Translations under genes and position numbers: made by a program
Shown: positions 1 to 12,839 of the stretch, one piece after another
How positions within the stretch are numbered: the stretch's first letter is position 1
Layout: each line of letters opens with the position of its first letter
Assembly (NCBI RefSeq): GCF_004010195.1
Contig: NC_057720.1
Span: 20,885,677 to 20,945,558, forward strand
DNA: 59,882 bases
DNA from: Chiloscyllium plagiosum
Taxonomy: Eukaryota
Direction: 5' to 3'
Notes under the pieces: model-generated
The model's database searches: none
What the model saw: the letters and a program-made list of their open reading frames with translations, nothing else
What the model was told of the DNA's origin: nothing

Positions 1-214
1 CGAGGTAAAAACAATGACTGCAGATGCTGGAAAGCAGATTCTGGATCAGTGGTGCTGGAAGAGCACAGCAGTTCAGGCAGCATCCGAGGAGCTTCAAAAT
101 CGACGTTTCGGGCAAAAGCCCTTCATCAGGAATAAAGACAGTGAGCCTGAAGCGTGGAGAGATAAGCTAGGGGAGGGTGGGGGTGGGGAGAAAGTAGCAT
201 AGAGTACAATGGGT
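1..214 (-). mobile_element. Penelope-like element terminal (pseudo-LTR) fragment with hammerhead motif
   Basis: ACTGCAGATGCTGG..GGCAGCATCCGAGGAGC..CGACGTTTCGGGCAAAAGCCCTTCATCAGG, the same repeat that adjoins GIY-YIG coding fragments elsewhere in the window. Confidence 0.75.
97..133 (-). ncRNA. Minimal type I hammerhead ribozyme motif (Penelope-associated)
   Basis: Reverse complement ATTC-CTGATGA-A-GGGC TTTT GCCC-GAAAC-GTC-GATT. Confidence 0.65.
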
Positions 215-1093
215 NNNNNNNNNNNNNNNNNNNNNNNNNNNNNNNNNNNNNNNNNNNNNNNNNNNNNNNNNNNNNNNNNNNNNNNNNNNNNNNNNNNNNN
301 NNNNNNNNNNNNNNNNNNNNNNNNNNNNNNNNNNNNNNNNNNNNNNNNNNNNNNNNNNNNNNNNNNNNNNNNNNNNNNNNNNNNNNNNNNNNNNNNNNNN
401 NNNNNNNNNNNNNNNNNNNNNNNNNNNNNNNNNNNNNNNNNNNNNNNNNNNNNNNNNNNNNNNNNNNNNNNNNNNNNNNNNNNNNNNNNNNNNNNNNNNN
501 NNNNNNNNNNNNNNNNNNNNNNNNNNNNNNNNNNNNNNNNNNNNNNNNNNNNNNNNNNNNNNNNNNNNNNNNNNNNNNNNNNNNNNNNNNNNNNNNNNNN
601 NNNNNNNNNNNNNNNNNNNNNNNNNNNNNNNNNNNNNNNNNNNNNNNNNNNNNNNNNNNNNNNNNNNNNNNNNNNNNNNNNNNNNNNNNNNNNNNNNNNN
701 NNNNNNNNNNNNNNNNNNNNNNNNNNNNNNNNNNNNNNNNNNNNNNNNNNNNNNNNNNNNNNNNNNNNNNNNNNNNNNNNNNNNNNNNNNNNNNNNNNNN
801 NNNNNNNNNNNNNNNNNNNNNNNNNNNNNNNNNNNNNNNNNNNNNNNNNNNNNNNNNNNNNNNNNNNNNNNNNNNNNNNNNNNNNNNNNNNNNNNNNNNN
901 NNNNNNNNNNNNNNNNNNNNNNNNNNNNNNNNNNNNNNNNNNNNNNNNNNNNNNNNNNNNNNNNNNNNNNNNNNNNNNNNNNNNNNNNNNNNNNNNNNNN
1001 NNNNNNNNNNNNNNNNNNNNNNNNNNNNNNNNNNNNNNNNNNNNNNNNNNNNNNNNNNNNNNNNNNNNNNNNNNNNNNNNNNNNNNNNNNNNN
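215..1093. other. Assembly gap (879 N)
   Basis: Run of n characters. Confidence 1.
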
Positions 1094-1483
1094 GGGAGAG
1101 GCTGAACAGGCTGGGGCTGTTTTCCCTGGAGCGTCGGAGGCTGAGGGGTGACCTTATAGAGATTTACAAAATTGAGGGGCATGAATAGGATAAATAGGCA
1201 AAGTCTTTTCCCTGGGGTCGGGGAGTCCAAAACTAGAGGGCATAGGTTTAGGGTGAGAGGGGAAAGATATAAAAGAGACCTAAGGGGCAACATTTTCCTC
1301 ACAGAGGGTGGTACGTGTATTGCAACATTTAAGAGGCATTTGGATGGGTATAAGAATAGGAAGGGTTTGGAGGGATATGGGCCGGGTGCTGGCAGGTGGA
1401 ACTAGATTAGGTTGGGATATCTGGTCGGCATGGACGGGTTGAACCGAATGGTCTGGTTCAATGCTGTACATCACTATGACTTT
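1094..1483 (+). mobile_element. CR1/HER1 LINE 3' end
   Basis: LNRLGLFSLERRRLRGDLIE..KTRGHRFRVRG ORF2 C-terminus plus the CR1 3' UTR. Confidence 0.9.
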
Positions 1484-1960
1484 AAGTGCACAAATACAGA
1501 AGAGATGTACAAGTTTATAATAGGAACTGTTACATCTCTGCTCTGATCCCTTTATACAATGCTTCTAAGCCTACTTTATTTTCACTCTGAGTGTATGGAA
1601 GTAAACCTATAACATATAGGTGTAAGCATACTTTCAGAATCCATTTTTTATGTAAAATGCAACATGGGAGATAAAGCAACCTGAATACATGAAGGGATTA
1701 TAGTGACACAGCATGACTTGATTGCTTTTGACGGGCAAATTCAACACGGTTTGCTTTAAACAAAGTATTCCAGGAGTGATACCGTGTACTTCTGACCTGC
1801 CCACAGTTCGTTAACAGAGCAAAGTTCAGAAATAATTTGGCTCCATCAGAAAAATGTGCATCAGAAGCAGTAAAATGCAATGCCATTTCAGTGTGTGGCT
1901 GATTAAACTGCAACCAAACAGTTAAAGAGAGAAACTTCCTCCTTATACACTGGCCCAAGA

Positions 1961-2355
1961 AATTAGAATTAGGTTTATTATCACACGTACTCCAGTACAG
2001 GGATACATGAGTACACCGAAAAGTGGGTAAAGTCGCCAATTCCGGTGCCATCTTAGGGTATGAAGATACCTAGGGACGTAACCTCAGGTCTAAATTAGAA
2101 AAATAAAGAAATAAAAGGCAAAGGTTTAGCATTGCAGTGCTTCTAAAACAGGGAGTCCCTACTGGGCTACATTAAGGCTGCATGTCCACTGAGTCTGTGC
2201 TGGCTCAACTCTCCACCACCATAGCTGTCTGAGGAATGGAGTAAGTCGAGAGGAAAAAAAATAGAAAAGAAAACAACAAAAAAAAGGATAAAGAAGAAAA
2301 GAAACAGACGGAGCAGATATACTCTGGCTCAGGGGCCTATTCCATTGTTGTCTTG
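1961..2355 (-). mobile_element. Non-autonomous non-LTR element with Rex1/Babar-like 3' tail (same family as 43103-45211)
   Basis: Minus strand: 5' pyrimidine tract; 3' CCTAGGTA..CCCTAAGATGGCACC..GGCGAC..CTTTTCGGTGTAC..TGATAATAAA followed by a short AATTCT-repeat tail. Confidence 0.55.
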
Positions 2356-2520
2356 AATTTGGAGATGAAAGGTTTACTCATGGATAGTTTATATATCATG
2401 GTTTGGGAAATCAACTCAAAGATTAGACTACATGTAGTTTTCAGGTGAAGGGAGATTAAAAGGTGAGCACGAGTGAGTCAGTGCACATGCTTGTTACCAG
2501 TCCTTGCTTTAATATTGTAC

Positions 2521-2680
2521 AGGAGAAAGTGAGGACTGCAGATGCTGGAGATCAGAGCTGAAAATGTGTTGCTGGAAAAGCGCAGCAGGTCAGGCAGCAT
2601 CCAGGGAACCCTGAAACGTCGATTCTCCTGTTCCCTGGATGCTGCCTGACCTGCTGCGCTTTTCCAGCAACACATTTTCA
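2521..2680. mobile_element. Penelope-derived hairpin mini-element with 15-bp TSD
   Basis: Inverted arms; GCTTTAATATTGTAC at 2506-2520 and 2681-2695. Confidence 0.85.
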
Positions 2681-2834
2681 GCTTTAATATTGTACATTCT
2701 ATTCCAAAACACAGTAAGTGAAGAGTAGAACCCGAGTGAATATTTTATACTTTTATCAAGAGTGACATATTAAAGGTATGCACCTCCTAACTTGACGCAC
2801 AAAGTTGTAGTCTGCTTTCAGTGTTAAAAAAATT

Positions 2835-3075
2835 AATTCCACATCAACCTGCTCAGACTTGATACAACCCATTTCTGGCAGGTGAGACTTGAACTCAGGC
2901 CTTCTGGTCCAGAGGTAATAGCATTGCCGGTGCTTCCACAAGACCTCAATCTGTTTTCATTCATGGGGTTTTCTTCATCGACCTGCTGGGATCTGTTGTA
3001 ACACACCTGCAGCAAAGCCATGACTTGAACATGGGCTTTCTGGCCCAGAGGTAGGGACACTACCCCGGTGCCATG
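2835..3075 (-). mobile_element. Two tandem short tRNA-derived SINE-like copies
   Basis: Minus-strand GTAGTGTCCCTACCTCTGGGCCAGAAAGCCCATGTTCAAGTC and related A/B-box-like heads; relatives at ~13505, ~16915 and ~30125. Confidence 0.55.
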
Positions 3076-3769
3076 ACAGCTTTTTTTTTAATGTATCTGG
3101 ACTCAAGCAAATTCCCAGTGAATGGCCGAATTAGGATTAATGTGCAATTTACATTTATCTGCAGTCCTGCAGTTGACAGGAAAAGGGATTGGTAATGATT
3201 TTCAGGCTGGTTTCTGCTTGGCACTGCTTGAAGCAATTCATGGTTTCACATTGTGGCCAAGGGACACACAGACATACTTGAAATCCCAGTTCCCCCGACC
3301 ACATGCTTCACCTTGGCTGATCTTGCATTCCTTCTTTCTAGCTGCATAGCACTGGAATGACCATAATGCCTTCATCTCACAGATATTCCCTTACAGCTAA
3401 CCAAATTTGTAGATGATTTATGGGCACAAAAGAAGCTAACCTGCTGCCGAGACAAACAAACATTCTCATAAGGAAATGCCTTGGGTACTTTTTTTTTGTG
3501 GGGTAAAGATTTTGGTACCACTCAAGTCTGTTGATTAAACTGACACCAAATATCACACCTTGATCCAGTTAAGACTCTTTCCCAACACACTTTACTGGTG
3601 TCCACAGGCACAAGACAACCCCAAAGACCGACACTGAATTGTCTGGGAGCTGAAATATGCTCTGTCTGGAAAGCTGGAATGAACGGGGCACTGTCTAACA
3701 GATTTAACATCTCCTCTTTCCGAACACACCTTGCAGGGCTTTCCCAGTGATATTTTTGTTCCCCTATCA

Positions 3770-5895
3770 GAACTAGGAGCAGGAGTAGGCCTTTCAGCCC
3801 CTCGAGCCTGCTCCGTCACTTGACACGATCCTGGCTGATCTCATCTCGGCCTCAACTCCACTTTCCTGTCTGCTCTCCATGACCCTTCAACCTGTTATTA
3901 ACTAAAAATCTCTCTATCGCCTCTTTAAACTTCTCAATGTGCCAGCATCCACACACGCCCTCTGAGAGACGTAATTTCTCACATTTTAAATGTGCTACCC
4001 CTTATTCGGAAACTGACATCTCATTCTAGATTGTCGCATGTAGAGAGGATGGTTCCTCATATGTACTTTGTCAATCCCTTTTAGTACAGAACATAGAACA
4101 TTACAGCGCAGAACAGGCCCTTCGGCCCTCCATGTTGCACCGACCTGTGGAACCAATCTGAAGTCCATCCAACCTGCACTATTCCATTTTCATCCATATG
4201 CCTATCTATTGACCATTTAAATGCCCTTAAAGTTGGCGAATCTACCACTCTTAGAGGCAGTGTGCTCCACGTCCCTACTACTCTGAGTAAAGAAACTGCT
4301 TCTGACATCTGTCCTATATCATCCCTCAGTTTAAAGTTATGTTCCCTTGTGCTAGCCATCATCATCCGAGGAAAAAGGCTCTCACTATGCCACCTAACCC
4401 TCTGATTATATGTCTCAATTAAGTCAACCTTCTCTCTAATAAAAACAGCCTCAGGTACCTCAGCCTTTCTTCATAAGACCTTCCCTCCATACCAGGCAAC
4501 TTCCCAGTAAATCTCCTCTGAACCCTTTCCAAAGCTTCCACGTCCTTCCTACAATGTGGTGACCAGAACTGCACGCAGTACTCCAAATGTGGGTGCACCA
4601 GAGTTTTGTACAGCTGTAGCATGACCTCATGGTTCCGACACTCAATCCCTCTACCAATAAAAGCTAACACACCATATGCCTTCTTAACAACCCTATCAAC
4701 CTGGGTGGCAACTTTCAGGGATCTATGTACATGGACACTGAGATCTCTCTGCTCATCTATGCTACCAAGAACCTTACCATTAGCCTAGTACTCTGCATTC
4801 TTGTTGGTCCTTCCAAAATGAATTATCTCACACCTTTCCACACTAAACTCCATTTGCCACCTCAGCACCCAGCTCTGCAGCTTACTAATGTCCCTCTGTA
4901 ACCTGCAACACCCCTCAGCACTATTCACAACTCCACCGACCTTAGTGCAGTCTGCAAATGTACTAACCGAACCTTCTACGTCTCCACCAGGTCTTTTGTA
5001 AAAATGACAAACAGCAGTGGCCCCAAAACAGATCCTAGTGGTACACCACTAGTAACTGAACACCAACATGGATCTTTCCCAACAACCATCACCTTGTCTT
5101 CTTTCAGCTGGCCAATTTCTGTACAGGGCAAAAGTGAGGACTGCAGATGCTGGAAACCAGAAGTCTAGTTTAGAGCGGTGCTGGAAAAGCACAGCAGGTC
5201 AGGTAGCATCCGAGAAGCAGGAAAATTGACATTTTGGACAAAAGCCCTTCATCAGGAAGCTTATTCCTGATGAAGGGCTTTTGCCCGAACGTCAATTTTC
5301 CTGCTCCTCTGATGCTGCCTGACCTGCTGTGCTTTTCCAGCACCACTCTAATCTGGCCAATTTCTGATCCAAACCCTGAAATCACTTTCAATCCCATGCC
5401 TCCGTATTTTGTGCAATAGCCTACCGTGGGGAACGTTATCAAATGCCTTACTGAAATCCATATACAACACATTAACTGCTTTATCCTCACCCATCTGCTT
5501 GGTGACTTTCTCAAATAACTCGGTAAGGTTTGTGAGGCTCGACCTACCCTTCACAAAACCGTGTCGACTATCCCTAATCAACTTATTCCTCTCCAGATGA
5601 TTATAAACCCTATCTCTTATAACCTTCTCCAACATCTTATATCCGCCAATTACATCCTCTCTCATTCTTCTAAAATCCAGAGAGAGTGTAGGACGAAATT
5701 GCTCAGTTTGTCTTCAGAAGATGAACCCTTCATTTCTGCAATCAATCTAGTGAACCACCTCTTAGCTGCCTCCAATGCAATTACCTCCCTCCTCAGGGAA
5801 AGAAGCAAACATTTTACACAGTACTCCATGTGCGGTCTCACTAATGTCAGCTTCAGCAACGCAAACACTTATACTCTATATCTTTACCAATAAAT
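3770..5895 (-). mobile_element. Nested CR1 LINE fragments (younger CR1 ~4081-5630 inside an older CR1 3' end)
   Basis: ORFs with HGFVKGRSSLTNL..DFSKAFDNVPH and LYKTLVHPHLEYCVQFWSP..LERVQRRFT; frameshifted. Confidence 0.9.
5122..5352. mobile_element. Penelope-derived hairpin mini-element with 14-bp TSD, inserted in CR1
   Basis: Palindromic around ~5258; CTGGCCAATTTCTG at 5108-5121 and 5353-5366. Confidence 0.85.
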
Positions 5896-6643
5896 GCAGT
5901 TCACAATGTACAGGCTAAACTCAATCAAATTTATTTGCAAGGTAACAAACCATAAAGAGAAATTAATACAGTCAATCAGCCTTCAATGTGAGATTTGATT
6001 TATGGAATAGTTAAACTGCTCTCAAACAAACTTAGTTCTGTCTTCACAACTTAAACCAAGTATCTGACATTCCTTAGCTTAAAACCTGTCATTCTACAAC
6101 TTCTTAATGTGGCTTCTTCCTCACAATTGTGACTTGGAAACTGGCAATCAAACACGAAACTGGAGATGTAGGGAAATTCCATACCTATTGTACAGGTCCT
6201 GCCAACTCGGAGGCAATTTACAACATACAAGATGAAAGAAACACTGCTAAAAAACAGGCAATTATGTTATCAATCATTCGAATCCAGAGAGAGGGCAAAG
6301 CAGTTATTAAGGGGCCTTTGTTTGCTTTTACCACCTGGTTTCAACATCAAATTTGTTCTCATTGCCAGGATCCAACTCATCTTTATCAGCTCACACCTCA
6401 GAGAGAAGTGAAGCAATTCACCAGTGAATAAACAGCTCACTGCAGGATAGAGTGAATGAGAGTGATTTAAAAACATCAATATCCCTGCTAACGAGTTTCA
6501 CACTGGATGTTTGAACACCCCCAGCCAGAGGGTAAAATAAACAGGGGTATCGAAAGCCTTCACTCAAGAAACAGATCATCGAAGCTTCCTTTAAATTCAG
6601 AATATTTAAGTACACGCTTGGCAATGGTCAACTGGAGAAATAT

Positions 6644-6737
6644 AGATTCTGGATTAGTGGTGCTGGAAGAGCACAACAGTTCAGGCAGCATCCGAGGAGC
6701 AGTAAAATCGACGTTACGGGCAAAAGCCCTTCATCGG
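6644..6737 (-). mobile_element. Penelope pLTR fragment
   Basis: GATTCTGGATTAGTGGTGCTGGAAGAGC..GGGCAAAAGCCCTTCATC. Confidence 0.7.
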
Positions 6738-7323
6738 AAACATAGGTTAATAACTGAGGTGTATTATTCTACCGATATAGGTTGATAACGTCAGGGCAGA
6801 TAAGATGGGCACATCAAATACAAACTCCGTAAATTTATTGTCCAGGACAATATTCTGCAGGCTAGGTGCGTTAGCCGTGGGAAATCAGGGTTATAGGGAT
6901 TGGTTGGGGGGGGGGGGGGGGTGAGTTAAGTCTGGGTGGGATGCTCTTCGGAGAGTCAGTGTGGACTCAATGGGCCGAATGGCCTGCTTCCACACTGTAG
7001 GGATTCTGTGATGATCTGATTGAAAACGCAACCTTTGTTTCTCTCAGCACAGAAAATTGGGTTTTTCCAGCAATTTATTTTTGCTTCAGATTTCCAGCAG
7101 CTGCAATTCTTTGTTTTATTTCTTTCACTAAAGTCATTGCCAATCTTGTTTTTCTAAAACAAAAAGATCAACAAATATGTCTTGTGGTTCAGCCAGTTAA
7201 ATCGCTACTTTTAAGCTCCCTTCCCTGGGAAAATGAGTTTTCTATTCCTGTAATCTTTTCACATCAGATTTCCGGCTTTGATGACTTTAGTCAACAACAA
7301 AAAATCTTGCACTTCCATTGGAT

Positions 7324-7652
7324 CGGTGGCTCAGTGGTTAGCACTGCTGCCTTGCAGCACCAGGGACCCAGGTTCAATTCCAGCCTTGGGTGACTGTCTG
7401 TGTGCAGTTTGCACATTCTCCCAGTGTCTGCGTGGGTTTCCTCCGGACCTCCTCCCACAATCCAAAGATGTGCAGGTCAGGTGAATGCTAAATTGCCCAT
7501 GGTGTTCAGGAATACGTGAGTTAGGTGCATTAGTTAGGGCTAAGTGTAGAGTAATAGGGTAGGGGAATGGGTCTGGGTGGGTTACTCTTCAAGGGTCAGT
7601 GTGGACTTGTTGGGCTGAAGGGCCTGTTTCCACACTGTAGGGATTCTATTCT
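7324..7652 (+). mobile_element. HE1-type V-SINE (a 3' fragment also lies at ~6858-7010)
   Basis: tRNA-like head GGTGGCTCAGTGGTTAGCACTGCTGCC..GGTTCAATTCC, V-domain GTGTCTGCGTGGGTTTCCTCCGG, CR1-like tail GGCCTGTTTCCACACTGTAGGGATTCTA. Confidence 0.9.
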
Positions 7653-7979
7653 AAGTGTGGTCAATGCTTTCCCTGTTTGTGTCTGATTCACAGTTCCTGG
7701 CTCCTGGCGATCATATTTCAAGGTGGGACTTGAACACAGCTTCTAGGCAAACATGCTCAGACGATCACTGCATCACAAGATGTTATTGTAAATAGGCAAA
7801 TTACAATGGATGTCCCCAAGGGGAATTAAAAGTATAAAATATCATTTTTGCAGGATGATAAAACCGCCAGCCCCTGCGATGTCCACATGATATTCCAATG
7901 ACGGAATATCTGAAGTATTCCCAGCAGGCATTGCTTGCTCCCATCCCAAGAGCACCTGGACATGGACATAACCATGAAA

Positions 7980-8400
7980 ACTGGGCAGGATTGGGAATCA
8001 GGAGCCCCTCCACAGCCCTCTGCTTGGATCTGTTAATGGCCACATTGATCAGGCCCAGGAGCAGAGCCACACCGCATCTGCCTGCCTGCTCCTCTCTGCT
8101 ACGGGGATCCAAAGATCACAGGCAGAAACCTGAAGTGTAACCAAATATTCATCACTCACTGCTTTACAAAACAAGACAGGCCCTGGAGCTCACAGCCGTC
8201 TACATAAACGTGTCCATAAACTCCTCAAGGGTAAAAAGAAATGCAGATGACCTGGGATCCGTGAACTTACATCATCTCAAAGTGCAGGTTGGAAGGTGGA
8301 TGCAACACCATTCCATTCAGCTCCATGAGAGAAAGGGGGAGGGACTTTGCCTGGAGAGCCCTGTACTCGGTTTCTCAGTCACGACCGGACAGTGAGTTGG
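7980..8400 (-). mobile_element. Degenerate Tx1-like (L1 clade) ORF2 C-terminal fragment
   Basis: Minus-strand LLLGLINVAINRSKQRAVEG and YRALQAKSLPLSLMELNGMVLH resemble Tx1 ORF2 motifs (LLLGLAKxAIxRSRQRAVEG; W..LY...LP....DL.WRVLH). Confidence 0.5.
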
Positions 8401-9014
8401 GATCTCCCCCAGGGGAGGGCCTGACAGTGAATGAAGGAAATGACAGATGTGCAGCCATAACCCCTACAAGAATCCTCTTCATACCCACCATAAGGGAAGA
8501 AGTGCGGGGGGGGGGGGATCTTCCCTGAGGGAGGCTGTGGTGTCAGTGTGAACACTGAATCGTGCGCAGTCGATCAGGTAGAGAGCTACCTACGTCGGTA
8601 ACAGACACAACAACAGAGAGGTACAAAGCAGCCCATCTTGAAGGGCAGCACTCAACTCAATACAAAACAGCAAACTGTGTACCAACATGCACATAAAATG
8701 GGCAATAAGCATGATGGGGACCAGGCTGATAACCTAGCCAAAGCAATAATTGGTTACAGTGACACTGACTGTTAATGACTTTCAAAGTCAATAATGCCAA
8801 CTCACCCAGTTTCTGACCTCTCAAAACATGTCAACATTTGCAGCATATCTCCAACTGGATAGGTTCGCAGTTTGGTGCTCCTTAAAGACAGTACGTTTCC
8901 ATTGGAAACTGGATGACCCATTTAGCTGCAGGAGAATGACCTTGGGTCAACACATATTTTAAGTTGCTCGTCATGGCTGTTATCCCCACCTCAGGGTGAA
9001 CAGGTGCCCCAGTG

Positions 9015-9615
9015 CAGCATGACAGACCAACCTGGCCACGTTCTGTTGGACCCTTCTGTCAGACTGGGTCTGCAGTAGATGATGAGGGAACCACCTTGAA
9101 CACAAAATGTACTTGGGCTTTGCCCTCACCAATCTACTTGGCATGGTTATATCCACCCTTGCTGATTTAGGGATTATCACCTCGCAGTCGTCATTAAAAT
9201 GAAGTCCCCTCTGCACACCAAGCAAACCTCCCACTGCTTCCTGTGGCCTTACCACCAGGTAAAACTGGAAAGACTCAGAGCAGACCAAGTATTCCAAAAC
9301 AGGGCATCCATGAAGCACCTGTGGGCCATCAACCAAAGGCTATCATCTCATGCTAAATCCTCAATCTACCATTCCTCCAAACCAGCAAACCAACTCCGAT
9401 TCAATAAAAAATGAAAGACAGCCATATTAGCAGCTGTGGGCACACCTCAACAAAAAATATTGCCAGTCCGGTGGGCCAGACTGACTTAAGCGAGTCCATG
9501 ACTCAAGCATCAGATCTGAGCACTGCAGTCCAGCTACATTAATTTTAAATGGTGGTGGACCACAAAACAACTAACCAGAACAGCAGGCTCTACAAATAGC
9601 ACCATTCTCAATGAG
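9015..9615 (+). mobile_element. Old CR1-clade LINE ORF2 (endonuclease/tether region) remnant
   Basis: Reads LGLQxMMREP.., LWPYHQVKLERLRAD..QNRASMKH, WWWTTKQLT..GSTN. Confidence 0.55.
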
Positions 9616-11480
9616 ACTGCCCCGGATGTGATATACTTAAAGGAATTAGTATCAGCAGACAGGACTTTGAGTGGTCTGTCAGGCTTAAAAGTAAGTAATT
9701 CTCCAGGGCCGGATGAGACGTATCTGAGGTTGTTGAGTGAGGTGAAGGAGGAAACAGCAAGGGGCATTGGCAATAATTTTCAAATTCACCCCCAGCCACA
9801 GGAGAGGTGTCAGAGGACTGGAGGACAGCTGATGTGGCACTATTATTAAAGAAGGGAGCAAGGGATAAACCAGAAAACTACAGGCCAGTCAGTGTAACCT
9901 CAGTGGTGGGGAGACTATTGGAAGCAATTCTAAGCAGCAGATTTATCTGCACTTTGACAGGCAGGGACTAATCACGGGCAGCCAGCATGGTTTCGTTAAG
10001 GGGAGGTCAGGTCTGAGCAACTTGATTGAAAAATTCAAAGAGATGATCAAATGTGCAGATGAGGGCAATACACTGACATAGTCGACTTGGACCTCAGCAC
10101 GGATTTTGTTAGGAGCATCAGAACCAGGAGAAGGAGTAGGCCATCTGGCACACTCCAGCACAGTGGCACAGTGGTTAGCGCTGCTGCCTCACAGCGCTAG
10201 AGACCCAGGTTCAATTCCTGCCTCAGGCAACTGTCTGTGTGGAGTTTGCATATTCTCCCCGTGTCTGCGCGGGTTTCCTCCGGGTGCTCCGGTTTCCTCC
10301 ACAATCCAAAGACGTGCAGGTTAGGTGAATTGGCCATGCTAAATTGCCCGTACTGTTAGGTGAAGGGGTAAAATGTATGGGAATGGGTCTGGGTGGGTTG
10401 CTGTTCGGAGGGTCGGTGTGGACTTGTTGGGCCGAAGGACCTGTTTCCACGCCGTAAGTAATCTAATCTAAATAAGATCATGGCTGATTTTTTTTGTGAG
10501 CTCTCACCGTATCCCTTAATTCATTTATTGTTCAAAAAAAAATCTTAGCTTTAAAAAACATTTACTGAAGTAGCGTCAACTACTTCAATGGGCAGAGAAT
10601 TCCATAGATTCACAACACTCTAGTGAAGAAGTTCCTTCTCAATTCAGTCCTAAATCTGCTCCGCCTCATTTTGAGGCTATGTCTTCTTATCCTAGTTTCA
10701 CCTGCCAGTGGAAACATCCCCTCGACTTCTAGTTTATCTATTCCCTTCATAATTTTTTTATGTTTAAGATCCACCCTCATTTTTCTGAATTCCAATGAAT
10801 GTAATCCCAGTCTACTCTGTCTTCCTTCATAAGCCAAACCCAGTCAACTCCAGGATCAACTTAGTGAACCACACAGGAGATCCCAGAGAGGATACTGACC
10901 ATAAAGGTTAACAGCCCATTGGATCCAAAAAAACTTGACTAATTGGATCCAAAATTGGCTGAGTGTCAGGAAGTAGAGATTGAGGGTCAAGGGATGTTTT
11001 TGTGACTGGACCAGTATCCCATAGGGGTCAGTGTTGGGGCTATCAGGCCATTGTGGAGACACAGAGTTTAAGTGCAGGGAGACGACACTGGAACTGTATA
11101 GAATGTTGGTTAGGCCATAGCTAAAGTATTGTATGCGGGTCTGGAATCCACACTGTACGATGGATGGATTGCATTGAAGGGTGCAGAGGAGATTTACCAG
11201 GATGCTGCCAGGACTCGAGTGCTTGCATTTACAAAGAGAAATTAGAGTGGAGAACTTTTCCTTAGTGTATAGGAGACTGAGTGGGTCATAACTGAGATGT
11301 ATAAAATCATGAGGGACATAGACAGGAAGGAACCTCTCCCCTTAGTGGAGGGATCAATCACCAGGGGCATCAACTGAAGGTAAAGGACAGGTGGTTTAGA
11401 GAGATGAGGAAAACAATTTTCACCCAGAGAGTAGTGGGAATCTGGAACACTCAGCCTGCAAGGGTGATTGAGGCAGAATT
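9616..11480 (+). mobile_element. Internally deleted CR1 LINE (RT to 3' end), interrupted by an opposite-strand CR1 fragment and an HE1 SINE
   Basis: GLKVSNSPGPDETYLRLLSEV, ENYRPVSVTSVVGRLLE, QHGFVKGRS; a minus-strand CR1 piece spans ~10110-10875. Confidence 0.8.
10158..10471 (+). mobile_element. HE1-type V-SINE, full length
   Basis: tRNA head, V domain, tail ending GTAAGTAATCTAATCTA. Confidence 0.92.
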
Positions 11481-11539
11481 CCGACAACTGACAATGGTCA
11501 TCAGTGGACTCTTCACTGTAGACATTTTTTCAAAATCAA

Positions 11540-12110
11540 TTCAAATTCCACCATTTGCCATGGCGGGATTTGAACCTGGGTCCCTAGAACATTAGCCGGA
11601 TCTCTGGATTAATAGTCCAGTGAAAATTCCACTAGGCCACTGCCTCCCCAAATCAAGATTGTGATGGAATACCTCCCCTCTTTCCTAGAGGAGTGCACCT
11701 TCAGCTCGCTTCTACCTGGAAAAAAGCAGCCCACTTGATTGGCATCCTATCATCTGAAAAAATTGACTTCCCTCACTACCATAGACGCATAGTAACAATG
11801 GTGAGCTGTAACAATTTGTCCCGTCTCCCTTTTGTCCGTTTAGAAGGACAAGTGCAGCAGATGCATGGGAACACAGTCAGGTGAAAGGTCCCTTCCAGAC
11901 ACATACCATCCTGACCCAGAACTAGATCTCCATTCGTTCACCATCATTGCATTAAAATCCTCAAACCCCTTCACCAACAGAATTGAGGGTGTGCCTGTAC
12001 CAGGGCACTGCAGCTGTTCCAAGGCGGCTCCTCACCATCACCTTCTGGAATTACAGATGGACCATCAATGGTCAGCGACATTCATACCCCAGTGAAAGAA
12101 TTTAAAAGAT
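11540..12110. mobile_element. tRNA-SINE head (minus, 11540-11650) and old CR1-clade LINE 3' end (plus, ~11655-12110)
   Basis: GGCAGTGGCCTAGTGG..GGTTCAAATCCCGCCATGGC head; the LINE 3' UTR matches 41690-42027. Confidence 0.6.
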
Positions 12111-12839
12111 AGTGATCAGAAATGTTTGTGCCTTTTATGTTTACTAAGTTGCCAGGTTACGGAGCGATCCCATGCATTCTTTACCTTGTGATCTAGAGAC
12201 TGGCTGTTCTAATCAGTGAACCCAGTCACAGGGTGAATTTAATAAGTTAAACACTATTCAAGCAGGGGCAACTCCTGCTTCAAGCTTTGAACCACAGTAT
12301 TGTCAACTCTGCTGCCATCTCGTGGTAATTCACTGAATTATCCCGGAGCATCCAAAATAGAAACACCAAAACTGGAAAAAGGATCAAAAACAGAAATTGC
12401 TGGGAAAACTCAGCACGTCTGGCAGCACCTGTGCAGCGAAAGCAGAGTTAATGTTTCAGATTGACTGATCCTTTTTCAGAACTGTTTGTTTTTGTTTCTG
12501 TTTCTGATTTCCATTATCTACTATTCTGTAGATTTGTTTGGACTGGAAAAGGATAGTGTGCTATTCCAAACATTTCACATTAGTTACAGCACAAGGGGTT
12601 ATAGAGTTCTACAGCACAGAATTAATCATGTCAGTCGTCAAGCACCTACTTCGTATCATCCCATTTTTCAGCACTTGGCCCATTGTCTTGTGCTCTGTGG
12701 CGTTTCAAGGGTTCAGCTAAATTGTTTGTAAATGATGTGATAGTTCCTGCTTCTAAAATCTTTTCAGGCCTGGAGTTCTAGATAAGCAGCATGCATTGGA
12801 TGAAAATCTTTAATTCTGCTTTAAACCTCCTGCCCTTGC

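Noticed and set aside
94..1302. 402-aa and 298-aa ORFs
   Set aside because: Artefacts of reading through the N gap.
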